DNA of 64,000 nt from Heptranchias perlo (Eukaryota). A program made the position numbers and the translations under genes. The notes beneath the pieces were generated by a model, which did no database searches, had not been told where the DNA came from, and saw nothing but the letters and a program-made list of their open reading frames with translations. Location of the stretch: contig NC_090330.1 in the NCBI RefSeq assembly GCF_035084215.1, forward strand, positions 93,930,001 through 93,994,000, written 5' to 3'. Position 1 is the stretch's first letter, and every line of letters begins with the position of its first letter. Below are positions 25,030-38,850 of this stretch, piece by piece.

Positions 25030-25317
25030 ATGACAATCCCATATGACAGCAATAATAACATGTCAAAATATGATTTACCATTGTCTAATTGAGTATAGTT
25101 TTATATATGGAAAATATATGGGCAACATCTTTCAGATTCTATATGAAAAGTCAATCAAGTGGATTTTTGACAAGTTTTCACAGGAAAAAGTAATAGCTGC
25201 CATTTTCCATGATCCTCAACCATGATGACACATAAACAACCAAAATTATATCCAGTCAGAATTTGCCTGTAATGATTGAATTTAACGTCCTTAACTTCTG
25301 GAAGTGAGGTATTTGAA

Positions 25318-25625
25318 AGAAAGAAATAACCTGCATTTCTGTAGCGCCTTTCGTAACCTCAGGATGTTCCAAAGCGCTTTACAGGCAACGTTGTATTTTT
25401 GAAGTGTAGTCACTATTGTAATGTGGGAAATGCAGTAGCCAATTTGCACACAGCAAACTCCCACAAACAGCAAAACAACAATGAAATAAATGATGGGATC
25501 ATCTGTTTTTAGATACTGGTTAAGCAATAAATAGTGGCCAGGACACCAGGAAAACTCTACTGCTCTTCTTCAAATAGTGCCATGGGATCTTTTACGTCCC
25601 ACTGAGAGGGCAGATGGGGCCCTGA
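25318..25625 (-). mobile_element. Deu-domain SINE, 5'-truncated
   Basis: Aligns with 62625-62905. Confidence 0.78.
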
Positions 25626-27816
25626 GATGGAAATCTGGAATTAGTTTGAGATGACTGGCAGTGCCATGCGTGCCCTGGAGTTTGGCAACAGATCAATTTT
25701 GCAGCACGCAACACAGCTCTGTAACAACTTCATTGTTAATCGAAGCCTCCACAGTCGCCATTTTTCAGACGAGTCCAGGTAAGTCTGCCATTTCCTATCT
25801 ATGTGTTAGGACAGTAGTGGCAGGTAGGCGCAGTCCACCTATGATGTATTATGGCTTAATTTGCATCCCTGTGTTCTTCCCCCTCTTCTTTGTTCAAGTA
25901 ATATAAATAAAGAGGTGTTCTAATAGGGACACCCATTGTTCCAAAAAATAGGTGCGCTGAAAATCTTCCTACAAGTCCACCTCACTCACAGAATTGACCA
26001 CAAAAAAATCCTAAAGAATTGTTAGAATCACTCCTGTCCCTTTAAATAGTTTTCTATTGAAGGATGTAGCCTGGCAACCTTTGGTGCCCGAGCTATACGA
26101 GCTAAATTATGAAAATACGTACTGCGGCATAAAAGCTGAAAAATGCTTTTCTGTTCTAAATGATGTAATCTCTGTCACGTTATAATATTTCCTTGAAGTT
26201 GTGCCCATTTCTGGTGGGATTTTCTCACCCCTGATGAAACCTTAATGCGTATCAGGTGGAAAATAGGTGGCCTCCGATAGTACTGTTCTCTGCCTATTCA
26301 TCTGCTCCATTATGCTCCATGTGTGCCCAAAAATTGGCCTCGTGATATAATGGAAAGTCAATTTCTGTTGCTTAATCTAACAGTGTTTCAACAGATCAAT
26401 CCTCAGTTAGGCTCAAGTCTTTTTTTGCACAGAAAGCTAGTAGATAAACATAGCTAGACCACTCTTCATCTTTCTAAGCTTTGGACTGTGCACTAGCTTT
26501 CTGTATAAAATGTATAACCCATGATTAATCTGAGAATTGACCAGACAAGCTGACAACAATCTTCGGAGAGGTTTGACAGGAACCCCAATGGCTTATTTTG
26601 CTGCAGCATGTCTGTCCATTGTTAACCAGGCATGTAGCAATGTGTAAGTGAGATCATACTGAAAATTAACTGTTCCAAATTATTACTTGGGATTCACAAA
26701 TTTGGAGATTTATGACATTAATAGTATAGTAAATATAAGGGCTTGACACTCACCCTCATGATTTGAATTAGACCTAATTAAGTATTGCAAACAGCAAGTT
26801 CTCTTCTGTATTGCCCTAAGGATTCAGTTAGTTTGCAGAATTCAAAAAAAAAGTTCCAATTAGCAATTTACTTTAAGATCATTCAAATTTCCAAACCTTT
26901 CAAAGTATTCAATTCCATTATTCCTTACATCTGTTGCCAGCTTTCTATACACAAGCAAAACAATGTTACCTGTTTTCATCATTTTTACAAATGATGCCTT
27001 CCCCGCAAACAATTTCAGCTGTATTTTCATCATTTTTGTCATTGTAAGAAAGTTCAATGAAATCTTTGGTCTATTTAGGAGCATAATATAAATGTGTTCA
27101 GATTCACAGTGGATCCAGTTTTCTTAACACAATAGTTTATTATCTATCAGTTCCATCCATTGCAAAGGGCATTATCATTTTTGAGGGCACTGGGGAATCA
27201 CCTGGGGTAAGGAATCAATAGGCAAGGAGAAATTATCCTCCGCAGCCATCCGGGGAGGAGAATCCACAATTTCATGTTAAGTTTTCTCAAGCACATTACT
27301 GGTGTAAAAGCACTTGGCGGAGCTTCTCAGAAGGAGAATACACAGCACTATAGCAACTGTTCGGCTACTTTCCAACTGCACAGGCATGCCTGTGTTTTGG
27401 AACTGCATTCTGTTTTGCTGTCATGTCAGTGTGTTTGCCCTGTGATCTAAGCTCACAACCAACATAAGATACCTGCGTGCTGCATGTTCACAGACTCACT
27501 CAAGGTAACTGAAGTCCAGGGTTTCTTCTACCACTGACCAAGGCAAGTTCTCTTCTTCTCCCGCTATTCCTTGGCAATGGCCCTCCACAGAGTAGATGCA
27601 TCAGGTGTCATCTCAGATATCTAGGCTGGCCTGTACCGTATGTCTTGTGAAGGAACCTGGGGACAAGGGGTACCTACTTTTAATAATCATTTGATGACCT
27701 TTTACAACAGACTTTTAACGTTTTTAATAATCACTTAAAGGCACTTTGCAGTGAGCAAAATGCTGAAAACAGCAGTCACATAAATCATGGATGATTCATC
27801 AATCATCTACCTTTGC

Positions 27817-27967
27817 CCATTCCTTGATAACCCTATACAATGGGCCACAATAAGCAAATGATGAAAACAGCAGATTTGGTCAAGAGAGCCTACTTTTAAC
27901 CATTCCTTGATGAACCCTATACAATGGGACTTAATAAGCAAATGATGAAATCAGTAAATTTAGTCAA
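27817..27967. repeat. Diverged tandem duplication, period ~83 bp
   Basis: ccattccttgat(g)aaccctatacaatggg..aataagcaaatgatgaaa starts at 27817 and at 27900. Confidence 0.8.
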
Positions 27968-30865
27968 ATTTAGACTAGTGTTTGAGATAACGCTTTACAA
28001 TGAACATAGGTTGAAGAAAAACAGCAGTCAGCTAAAATGTAACTAATTTCGATCCGTAAGAATTGAAACCAAATTAATCAACAGGGGCCTCGTAAACATA
28101 AAAACACTCACAGCCAAAATGAAGCAACCGAGAAAAAATGGTATAAATTCTGAGAGCTTAGCTCAAGTTTTTTAGATTTGCTTCGAAGGGCTGACGCGTT
28201 TCTCGACTATCAGAGTAAGGTGACTGTATAGTTTTCTACTACTCAGGGATTTAAGGTAAAAGCTACCTTGATAATTGATGGATATCCTGTCTAAATACTT
28301 CTAAGAATTATAATTTTTACCTTTTTAAGAAACTGTTAATGTTGCGATTGCCGGTCTCACCATTTGTAGATTGCAAATTGTTTCATCAATAAACCTCGGT
28401 ATAGTTTTTATATTGTCTCGCATAGTCTTCTGTATCACTAACTCGTGAACCCCAACTCCGTACATTCTTTTGGTGAAGAGGTACATTACTGAGGAGAGAC
28501 TCCCGGACCCTCACAATATCCAGGATATTACAATCTGGCTGGAACTTGCTAAGAACGCTATCTAGAGGACGGTAATATTCTCGGGTTGTCCCTTTCTCTT
28601 GGGGAAAGATAGACCAGACCTACAGACCCATTCAGTGTCTTTAGGATTTGGCTATCTTAACCTTAGGTTGAGAGTGAACACCTAAGAAGTAAGCCTGATC
28701 TGGGATAGTCCCAAAGAGGCTAGGATTGTAATTCACCACAGTCTGCTCTGATGCTGGATGGATGCCAGGAGTATACCCATTGCTCCTATTTAGGCAAAGC
28801 TCAATTACAGATCCCTCGACTAATTCCCACAGATGGCAGATGAGGAACAGGTCTTGGAAGCTTTGAATAAGTGGAGAAAATCCAAGGGCAGTGTGAAATA
28901 AACGATGAAATCGCTGGATCAACTTGATGCAACTAGCAAACAGACTTCCCTTTAAGGAGCGGGAACCAACTTGATTGAATGGGACAAGCATTCCTTTCAT
29001 ATGGGTGTTGAGCTCCAGCAGATATTTTCAGGTGCTGAGACCATATTATGAGGCAAAGTCCTAGTGAGCATTTTTTGAGGCCTCAACAAGCCTAGTGCAA
29101 ACCTGGCACACAGGCAATTCACACCTCGCAATCCAATGGGTGCATGGCAGGCCTGACCATACAGGTTGCTTGCGCTCAATGTATATCAGTGCTACAGGTG
29201 CCCAGCATTGCATTATTTGACTCCATTCTCACCAGGGGGAACAAAGTGTTTCTAAAGGAAGTGGGGGGAAGAAAAAAGTCTGAACAACAGCACTAATATA
29301 CAACAGGTTATTGCAAGTCCTATGACCTTGCTTTCACCTATACCATTTGTTTGAACACTATGCACCTCAAAGATGTTTGGATTTGCAAACACTAAATGCT
29401 TAGCTTCACTTGGGTTATAAAGAAAAATAAACACAAGACATATGTAACCCAACTATAAAAGGTATTCGTGTTGGTTTCGATTGTCAAGCCTTATGATATA
29501 ATTCTTTTTGCATCACAAATATGTGACATGCAAATAAAATGTTGCATTCTTCCTACTCCCATGCCCTGCGATGTTGTGTTAAACCTTTAACAATAGCAGA
29601 TTACATCATGCAGCATGAATATTATCTTCTTTTAAGTTGGGGATAGGTGAGCACAAACCACAATGTAACAACATAAATTTATTTCACATTAGACTGATGC
29701 CCATGTATCTCATAGGCCTAAGTTTGTGGTGATTTAACCTTAAAACATAATTTTTGATAACCTGACAAATCACCAGCATTTCCAGTGGTCTAGGTGTTTG
29801 TTCGCCTTTTTAGAAAAAAAATCTCTGCAAAATTGCCCCCCTTCACCCCGATGCATAACCCTCTGCCGCTCTCCCCTCTGGGATCGACTTCCTCCCCACT
29901 GGATCGACTCCCCACCCCTTTAACTTGCTTGCAGCAGAGCTCCGCAGTGGAGCCATTGGATTTCCCACAAATGAGGCCCAAACAAATGTCCGCTCCCATG
30001 GGGCAGGCAGTTCACATCCATCTCACGCACGTTGGAAGCGGACACTTGAAAATCAACCTCTCTGTGTGAGATTTAACCTTCATTCAAAGAATGAGCAGTA
30101 CTGCATTTGAAGTGCATTCATCCACCTTTTTAAATCATTTTGATAGTGTTTATTTTAACTGTTCTTTAAATATGCTGATCAATTAAAGAAAAACTTGTAA
30201 TCGAATACTACTCTTCAAATTCAGATGACCTCTTCAGCAGTACTCTCTTATGTAGTGTGATTTCAATTATAAATTGATACTTCAATGACTCATTGTTTCT
30301 CTGTTAAAGATTGGAAACCATAGAAGATTGCATTAGTTGTTACTATTCTAGCATTTTTGAACTGCAGAATGCAAACTGCCAAGAAACAAAAAGAATACTT
30401 TCTATATTCTATACTTTAACTGGTCTGTTACTCTGATGTAGCAGACCAGGCTTTTGTACCTGATGGAAAAGTCAACAATATGGAATTCAAAACAAAGTGT
30501 AAAGGTGTTAGAAAGTTCAACAACCTGAGAGTGAAATAGAAAGGTATCCTCATAGCCTCAGCGCTGTTTTGCTTTTGAGAAGATCAACAATGATTTTCAC
30601 CAACAGGGAAGAAAAAAGAATGAAAGAAATACTGGCAATGTGTAGCAGATGTTGAGTGAATAAGGAAGATTCGGGTAAAAAAAGGAGCCATGAAAGAAAG
30701 TCACTGGAACTGGAAAATAAAACAAACAATGATAATGGGGAGAAGCTAAAGCCTATTACAGACAGTTAGAGAATTAAGGAAAATGCTGGTAACTATAAGC
30801 AAGACAGCTGGAGCAGAGAAAGTAGGAGATTTTTTTTATTATTGAGGACTCAATAAAAGAAAATG

Positions 30866-31248
30866 ATATAGCGCCTTTCATGACCTCAGGACATCCCAAA
30901 GCACGTTACAGCCAATTAAGTACTTTTGAAATGTAGTCACTATTGTAATGTAGGAAACGCGGCAGCCAATTTGCACACAGCAAGCTCCCACAAACAGCAA
31001 TGTGATAATGACCAGATAATCTGTTTTCAGGTGCTGGTTGAGGGATAGATATTGGCTAGGATACCAGGAAAATCCTTCTACTTTTCTTTGAATAATACCG
31101 TGGAATCTTTTACGTCCACATGAGAGGGCAGACATGATTCATCCGAAAGATGGCACCTCCGACAGTGCAGCACTCCCTCAGTAGTCCACTGAAGTGTCAG
31201 CCTAGATTCTGTGCTCAGGTCTCTGGAGTAGGACTTGAATCCGCAACA
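30866..31248 (-). mobile_element. Deu-domain SINE copy
   Basis: Aligns along its length with 62640-63030. Confidence 0.8.
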
Positions 31249-31884
31249 ATAGGACCATTCTTGCAATATTGGTGGCTAGATCCTAAACATAACTCCATAA
31301 TAAGAGTTTATTATTTTGTTATCCCATCTCAATGTTTAATAATCTAATTCTATTAAATTTTAAGTGGCACAGCGACAGTAATGAAGCATAAATGTTATGC
31401 TGAAAGAATTATTAATGATATTGATATAGAGGACAACACTCGGATATTCCAAAAGCTGCTGTGTATGGAGTGCTCCTCCATTACTCACAAAAATATTTTT
31501 TCATACAGCAAGCACAATATTAAGCAAATTAAAAGTCCAGAAGTACTGTGAAGTGCTGCAAAGAAGTTATTTAGTAGGTGATTCTGTTTTGAGACTTTAA
31601 TGAGCCTGGTACACAAGTACTTTTCCACTGTATAAATCTGCACTCATATTTTTCGAGTGCTGTAATTTAGGATTCTTATGATATTTTAAAAATAGAAACA
31701 GAAATTCTGGATAAACACAGCAAGTTCATCTGCACCTGAAAAGTGATGACAGAGTCATGCGTCAGATAGAAACCCTTCATCATTTTTCCAGAGACTGATG
31801 GCCCAGCTTTGTATTTCGAGCATTTTCTTTTTATCTCTGCAATATCTTTCGAGATTTTTTCAAATTCATTATACAATAAAACAT

Positions 31885-32094
31885 AAACCAAAAAATAGTT
31901 TTAAAACTGTAGATGCTGGAAATCTGAAATAAAAACAGAAAATGCTTGAAGTACAAAGCAGGTCAGGCAGCATCTATAGAGAAAGGAAGGTAGGGTTAAC
32001 GTTTCAGGTCTATGACCACCTGAAGCATTAACCCTACCTTCCTTTCTCTACAGATGCTGCCCGACCTACTGAGTATTTCCAGTATTTTCTGTTT
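31885..32094. mobile_element. Fold-back (hairpin) Penelope-type non-autonomous insert of a second family
   Basis: ~80-bp inverted arms (31930-32010 and 32018-32097). 16-bp TSD ttatacaataaaacat at 31869-31884 and 32095-32110. Hammerhead 3' half GGUC-AUA-GACC-U-GAAACGUU at the centre. An older related relic lies at ~31690-31850. Confidence 0.7.
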
Positions 32095-32744
32095 TTATAC
32101 AATAAAACATGTTACTTAGCTGACTATAAGATTTCTGAATTGGAAAATTATCTCAAATAATCTCAAATAATTTTTCCAGTTTCATACCAGTTGTGATAAA
32201 ATCAATACTTTCAAAAATCAGAAAAGCCATTCAAGTGCATTGGAAAACATGAGAGTATAAGAAAAGACAAGAATGACAAAGGGCCATTAAATCTATCAAA
32301 ACTCACCCACAGGGATCCAGCTGTAATTTGAACAACTGCATGGAATTGTGTTAGCACAGTGTCGAGTCATGGATATAAACAAATAACTCCAAAGGGCTTA
32401 AATAATTATTGATTTGAAAGTCAGTCCTTGGGAATATCAAAAATATTGCAGATACCCATTATTCATCCAGCATATTTTATACACCAACACCTACAACCCA
32501 TGTACAACAAACTTGCAAAGATATTTTCTTCATTACTGGCCTATGTGTTCATTATGATAAATAAACAGTATTGTATTCCTTAATATGGTATTCTGGTGCA
32601 ATACAGCTCCAAAAGTTTGTGTTGTGATTTGGTGGCACATGAATTTGCACCAACAATTCTCTGTACAGCCAGACCTAAGTTTCCAGTGTTCAAATGAGGA
32701 AAAGCAGCAAATGTGACAAGGAGAAAAAAAACAGACCACTAAGT

Positions 32745-33540
32745 CATAGAATCACAGAATGATTACAGCACAGAAGGAGGTCATTCAGCCCATCGATTCC
32801 ATGCCAGATCTTTATAAGAGTAATCCAGTAAGTCCCATTCCCTCGCTCTTTCCCCCGTAGCCCTGCATTTTTTTTTCCCTTCAAGTATTTATCCAATTAC
32901 TTTTTGAAAGCTATGATTAAATCTGCTTCCACCACCCTTTCAGGCAATGCATTCCAGATCATAACTACTCGCAGTGTAAAAAAGTTTTTCCTCATGTTGC
33001 CTTTGGTTCTTTTGCCAATCAACTTGAATCTATGAACTCTGGTTCTCGACCCTTTCGCCAATGGGAACAGTTTCTCTTTATTTTCTTTATCTAAACCCTT
33101 TATGATTTTGAACACTTCTATCAAATCTCCTCTTAACCTTCCCTGCTCTAAAGAGAACAACCCCAGCTTCTCCAGTCTATCCATGTAACTGAAGTCCCTC
33201 AACCCTGGAACCATTCTAGTAAATTGTTTCTGCACCCTTTCTAAGACCTTCACATCCTTCCTAAAGTGCGGTGCCGAGAATGGGACACAATACTCCAGTT
33301 GTGGCCGAACCAGTGTTTCATAAAGGTTCAACATGACTTCCTTGCTTTTGTATTCTATGCCTCTATTTATAAAGCCCAGGATCCCGTATGCTTTTTTAAC
33401 CGCTTTCTCAACCTATTTTGCCACCTGCAAAGATTTGTGCATGTATACCGCCAGGTCTCTTTGTTCCTGCACCCCTTTAGAATTGTATCATTTAATTTAT
33501 ATTGTCTCTCTTCGTTCTTCCTGCCAAAATGTAGGAGGGA
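32745..33540 (-). mobile_element. 5'-truncated CR1 LINE
   Basis: LVRPQLEYCV..LERVQ..WNALPERVVEAD; CATAGAAT-type tail; 8-bp direct repeat cactaagt at 32737-32744 and 33541-33548. Confidence 0.9.
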
Positions 33541-34279
33541 CACTAAGTGGGACACTTTTACACTTTCCAACTCACCAGGACAAGAACAGATTGATGCATG
33601 GCATAGAGAAACCTAGAAATAACAATAGGAAAACATGAAACAATCCATTTAATTTCAACTGGCACATGATTGACAGTTGAGGCTCTGCTTTTTTCTTCTG
33701 TGAGTGATATTAAAGTCATCAAAGTTTTTCACTTTGAGTTCAGAACAAAGGGATAGTTAGTTCCACTCTGGAAACTCAGGCCACATCCACGAGAGAAGTG
33801 CAGACTGCCCTTAGGGATTGCAGGATAGTGGGGTCGGGGGGGTGGGGGGAGGGAGAAGGGGGGTTCCACTGCAGATGATGCCTCATATTCCATGATAGAC
33901 TGATTTGCTGTGAAAATGACATTCTAGGTTGTCACATACAGCTAGTGGACTTCTCCACCCAAGCTGCCTTCTGCAGCAAGCTGGGCTCCCAATGCCTGCA
34001 CCAATGTTCAATGCTCAAAAATCATCTTTCCTTTAAAATGAATCCAGTGGGGTCAAAATACCCAGGCTCTTCAGCTGAGGAGGGACACAACTAACCCCCC
34101 ACAACCATATAGAGTAGGTTCTTCCTCTTCCAGTGCCTCCCCACTTGCTCCTGCTCACTCATGCAATGGATCTCATTTCATGCACTTCCCTATAGATTCT
34201 CTCTAGATCTTCCCAGTATGGATGTGTTTGACCTGTTGCTTGGGAAGGAGAGAGTGAGATCTTCACGACAGGGCCATTA

Positions 34280-34875
34280 TTTGAATAAACATTTGCAGAG
34301 TCTGACCCGACACCTGGCCAGATTGGCTACCTGGCCAGCGGTCGGGAGTGGGAATCTGGCGGTAGGAGGCTGCATTGGCAGTCAGTGGGTGGAGGGGATT
34401 CCCTGGCTTCGCGGTGGGAGGGGCAGGCCAAGCTTTCCTCTTGATTGAAGATGGAAGGAATGCCGGAGCTGTGGAGCTCCAAGAACTCGTGGGGCCCAGG
34501 GAGAGCACTCCTGCTCCTCCTGGGCCACAAGGGCTCAAAGACAGACAAAGTTTTAAAACTTACCTGGGCCTCTTCAGGCCAGTTGGCTCTTCCCGCTGTG
34601 TTGGTGTTGCCGGACAGCAGACAGTGAGGGTCTCCCCTGCGTGGTCCTTCAAATTATGTTGCCGCGCCAATGATATCATCGGGCTAGCATTTTTGGATCT
34701 TAAATGGGCCCCGGTCTGCTTTTAGCGGGAGCCTCATCTAGGGCCTGAATTGACAGCGTGAATATTACAGCGGTGGTTTGGAGGGGGGATCTCGATTTTT
34801 AGGATTTTAACCCCTTGTCTGACCCTTTCCTGTATGGGGTGGTGCTGGGGTGGGGGGGTGTTTAAAATCGAGGCC
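34280..34875. mobile_element. Non-autonomous Harbinger-like element, same family as 1-364 and ~41600-41850
   Basis: Shared gagcactcctgctcct..ccacaagg..acttacct block and TTAAAATCGAGGCC end. Confidence 0.6.
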
Positions 34876-36691
34876 ATAGTTTTTAGTAGATGTTACACGA
34901 TAAAGAGCTTCAGTATATGCTTTACTGGCAGTTAGTAATTGAGCAAATAGAATGAGAAGCAATAGTAACAAACCATGAGCTGGCAGCTGCTCTCCTCCTT
35001 CCCCTCTCTGCCAGGATTTTGTGTGCTTTTTCATCATTCAGGCTTAGGGATCTGATGTTAGAGGAGGTAAGTGATTTCTCCTGGTTGATGTGGACTATCT
35101 TCTCGTGCAAGAAGAGTAAAAGAAATGAAAAGCCTCAATTTTTAAGATGACATACACTAATACTCAATTGTCAGCATGCAGCTCATAGTCAGTATGATGA
35201 CATATACATGCAATGTTAGATGGGAAGAAACTTTTGGAATGAATGTATGTATGGATGGCGTGAAGGAACATTTCCAAGTGAAGGCTGGGGATGTAAAGTG
35301 CACAACAATGTATAATGGGCATTCATGGTAAAGCTTGAAATTATTTCAAGACAGTTTGAGCAGGAGCAATTGTAAATGCAATGCATACGCAGTACGCTGA
35401 AGTAGTGGAAGATCATGTTGGGTTCTCCTACCTTGGTTGACCTGCTAAAGCCTTTGAACTTTTCCCTGCACTGCTTCCATGTGCATGAGGTGAAGTAGCA
35501 GACATTGCTCCCACTTTCCCTGGGCCACTCTCCTTGCTGGTCTACGATACACAGTATTAAAGAAGGATAACCTCACCTCAGCCGTCTCACTTCCTCCAGC
35601 AGTATGTTACTGGCCACACTGAAAAACTGGACCAAGCTGTGGCCTACTCCATTCCTTCCATACATATTTACCTCCAGAAGATTACAGTTGGCAAAATGTT
35701 AAAATTCACCTTGCCTGCCCCTTTAAGTTGCTGCACAATTTTAAATCCCACAGCAGCATGTGATTTCCAGTCCAACAATTGGTGAACTCCCAAACACAGA
35801 TATTTTCTATATCTGAAGATCGCCCCAGAAACTTGCACAGGTAACATACTACGGATTGGAGGGACACAATTTGCTCATTGCCTCACTTGGGCTTATGCCC
35901 TGGCTGAAAATCTAGACTTTTATGTCTAATGTAACATCCTCTTGGTGAGTTATATTTACTTCTTTCACCAGAGGAAACATCTAAGTCCAAAGATCAATGA
36001 TGAAGTGTATAGGTCTCACTCCTTCAGGTTTTTATGGCTGTTGGTATATTATTGAAATTGGAAAGATAATTATTCTTATTATATCTCTTATGTTTGGTAC
36101 ATCTACCTATATATAGAAAAGTCTTGGTCTAGCACATGTCCACAACATTGGACTTCAAGGGAAAGACTTTCCGTGTGTTTACACTAGTAATATCAGTGCG
36201 ATGCAGGCGGAATCGGCAAAAGATTGGGGAATTTTACTCATGAGTTATGTACAAAATCAATTACATTTGTGTTCCGCGACCTTTTATGACGGTTTACGAT
36301 TCCATCTGCTTGGATTGGGCCCCGCCCACAAAACTGGCCGCGCCCCCAGGTCGACATTGTGAGATTCTGCCGATTGCGTGGTTCGGGAAGACTCTTCAAA
36401 TTACACTCATTTACTTCAGCACACAAGCACTGGTAGGCACATTTTTAAAGATTTTTCATATCAAAAATATTTAATTTACTAAGAAACTGACTAGTGTACA
36501 CCAATGAAACTAATAAATGGTTCAGTATAGTTTTTTAAAGTAATTTTCAGTGATTTTAAATTAGGTTACTCACAGGTAGAGGACTAGACACACTTATTAA
36601 AAATGCTTATTTTTGATGATAAACCCATTTTCAGCTGTATTAATAAAACTGCACCAGGTTACCACTCTTAAAAACATCAACAACAATATGC

Positions 36692-37190
36692 TACAACTTA
36701 CATTTATATAGCGCCTTTAACGTAGTAAAATGTCCCAAGGTGTTTTACAAGAGCATTATCAAACAAAATTTCACACCGAGCCACATAAGGAGGTATTAGG
36801 ACAGATGACCAAAAGCTTGGTTAAAGAGGTAGGTTTTAAGGAAAGTCTTAAAGGAGGTGATGGAGGTAGAGAGGCAGAAAGGTTTATGGAGGGAAGTCCA
36901 GAAATTAGGGCCTAGGCAGCTGAAGGCATGGCAGCCAATGGTGGAGCGATTAAAACCGGGGATGCGCGAGAGGCAAGAATTGAAGGAGTGCAGAGATCTC
37001 GGAGGGTTGTAGGGCTGGAGGAGGTTACAGAGATAGGGAGGGGTGAGGTCATGGAGGGATTTGAAAACAATGATGAGAATTTTAAAATTGAGGCGTGCCC
37101 AGACCGGCAGGATCAGCAAGCACAGGGGTGATGGGAGAACAGGACTTGGTGCAAGTTAGGATACGGGCAGCAGAGTTTTGGATGAACTCA
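36692..37190 (-). mobile_element. L2 LINE 3' end
   Basis: FKILIIVFKSLHDLTPPYLCNLLQPY..AFSCLGPNFWTSL..FKTFLKTYLF; tail aggcgctatataaatgtaagttg on the minus strand. Confidence 0.8.
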
Positions 37191-37969
37191 AGAAATCAAG
37201 GAATACTTTTTAATGGAAAGAAAAGAAGTGATTAGAGTCTATCACGATGCCTGATTGCGCTGGTTCATTGAAGATTTTACATTTGTGATCATGCAAATGA
37301 ATTTTATCGGAAACTTGAACTGTAACCTAACCATAGCAATTTCAAGCGCATTTTGGGTGATTGCCCCCAAAGCGGAAACTCTACCTGCCATAACTCTAAG
37401 TGAATGTCACATTTCACCGTGAATGTAGAGAGGAAAGAGTGAATGCTTCACAGTTCAGTTAATATATTGATTGATTCAAATATCCCTTTGACTAAATATG
37501 AAGTAAGCAATAATCTAGGCAGTTAAGGCAAGTTACAAACAGTAACCAGCAAGCATCACAAAATGAGCCAATCAAGTAACATTATTTTCAAAAATGCGAC
37601 CATTCAGTCGCCAAAATTGATTTTGTGATAATTATTGGCTATTGAATGGGAGCCAGGGTTTCAGGTTTGCTCCAATCCTGGAGCTAGGAGCTTACACCCT
37701 ATCTTTGATGCTGATATTTCTCAGGCTTCACATATGTGGAGCTCAGTGCCCCTCAATGCTTCTTTTGGAGCCTGTGTAGTCGCCTAAGCCATCGGTGTTG
37801 CTCATTGCCACTTTGTGATTGCATGACTTGACCCCAGCATATGCTGGTGCCTTCCAGGTTTGACCCTAGTTCAATTCTTGTTGTTGATTCCTCATCAATA
37901 ACATCATAGGAGATTCACTGCTAAAATGTAACTTTCAGCCTTGGATTAATTGTCACATTATCACCTCTA

Positions 37970-38360
37970 GTTCAGGTCATGGGTTCCAATTCCACTCCAG
38001 GACTTGAGCAAATAAGTCTCAGCTAAAAATAAGCTAACACTTTGGTACAGTACTGAAGGAGTGCTGCATCATATTAGGCGGCATATTTCAAAAGAGACGT
38101 TTAATCGAGGTCTTGCCTGGACGCTAAAAGACCCCGTGGCACTAATAAAGAGAACAGGGGAGTTTCTCTTAGTGTTCTGGCCAACATTTATCCCTTACCC
38201 AAAATCAGCCTAACTGGTGAAACATCTCATTGTTGTGCATACATTGGCTGGTGTGTTTGCCTGCAAAACATCAGTGACCACACTTCAAATGTAATCAGTT
38301 GAATCTAAAGTATTTTGGGATGCCCTGAAAATGTGAAAGGCTGTATATAAATGCAAGTTA
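37970..38360 (+). mobile_element. Old Deu-domain SINE copy
   Basis: gggttccaattccactccaggacttgagc..cagtactgaaggagtgctgca..gtgaaaggctgtatataaatgcaagt. Confidence 0.65.
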
Positions 38361-38649
38361 TTTGCATAGAAAATATTTAGTAAATACAGCAACTAAGTAT
38401 TATAATAATACATTTTGAAAACCCTTGGACTGAAGTCAACATTAGTGATAATAGGTTTACTTAAGCTCATAGTCAAGCTTTGGTGCACTTCAGAGTCTGA
38501 AATAAAAAGTGCACAAATAAACACACTGGACAAGAAAATTTCTGAGGAAAATAGTTGCACTAAATAACATTCCATAGGTGAGTCGATAAAGGTTAGCAGA
38601 ATTTTTTAATGTTATTTGAAGTTTAACCTTCATGTGATGAGTGTTACCC

Positions 38650-38850
38650 ATTATTAAATTGGCTGATAAGGGCAATCCAATGGATACAATATGCTTCGAT
38701 TTTCAATAAGCATTTGATAAAATTTCACATATAAGACTTTGAAAGAACAATAACGCCCATGGAATTATAGGAAATTAAATAATTAGATTGAAATCTGATT
38801 TAGCAATGGAAAGCAGCAGAGGATAATCAATAGAATAAGCTGTAGCTGGA
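38650..38850 (+). mobile_element. Highly decayed CR1 RT fragment
   Basis: gataagggcaatccaatggat..gattttcaataagcatttgataaaatt is similar to 43747-43860. Confidence 0.45.

Noticed and set aside
27817-27967. CRISPR-like repeat-spacer array
   Set aside because: Only two long diverged units, no spacers, no cas genes, eukaryotic context.
28191-28213. Hammerhead-like CUGAUAG..GAAACGCGUCAG on the minus strand
   Set aside because: The core is not CUGAnGA, there is no real stem II or stem I, and no Penelope context.
36159-37385. TIR element (GA(C/G)TTTCCG ends) enclosing the L2 fragment
   Set aside because: The inverted match is short and there is no TSD; plausible but not supportable.
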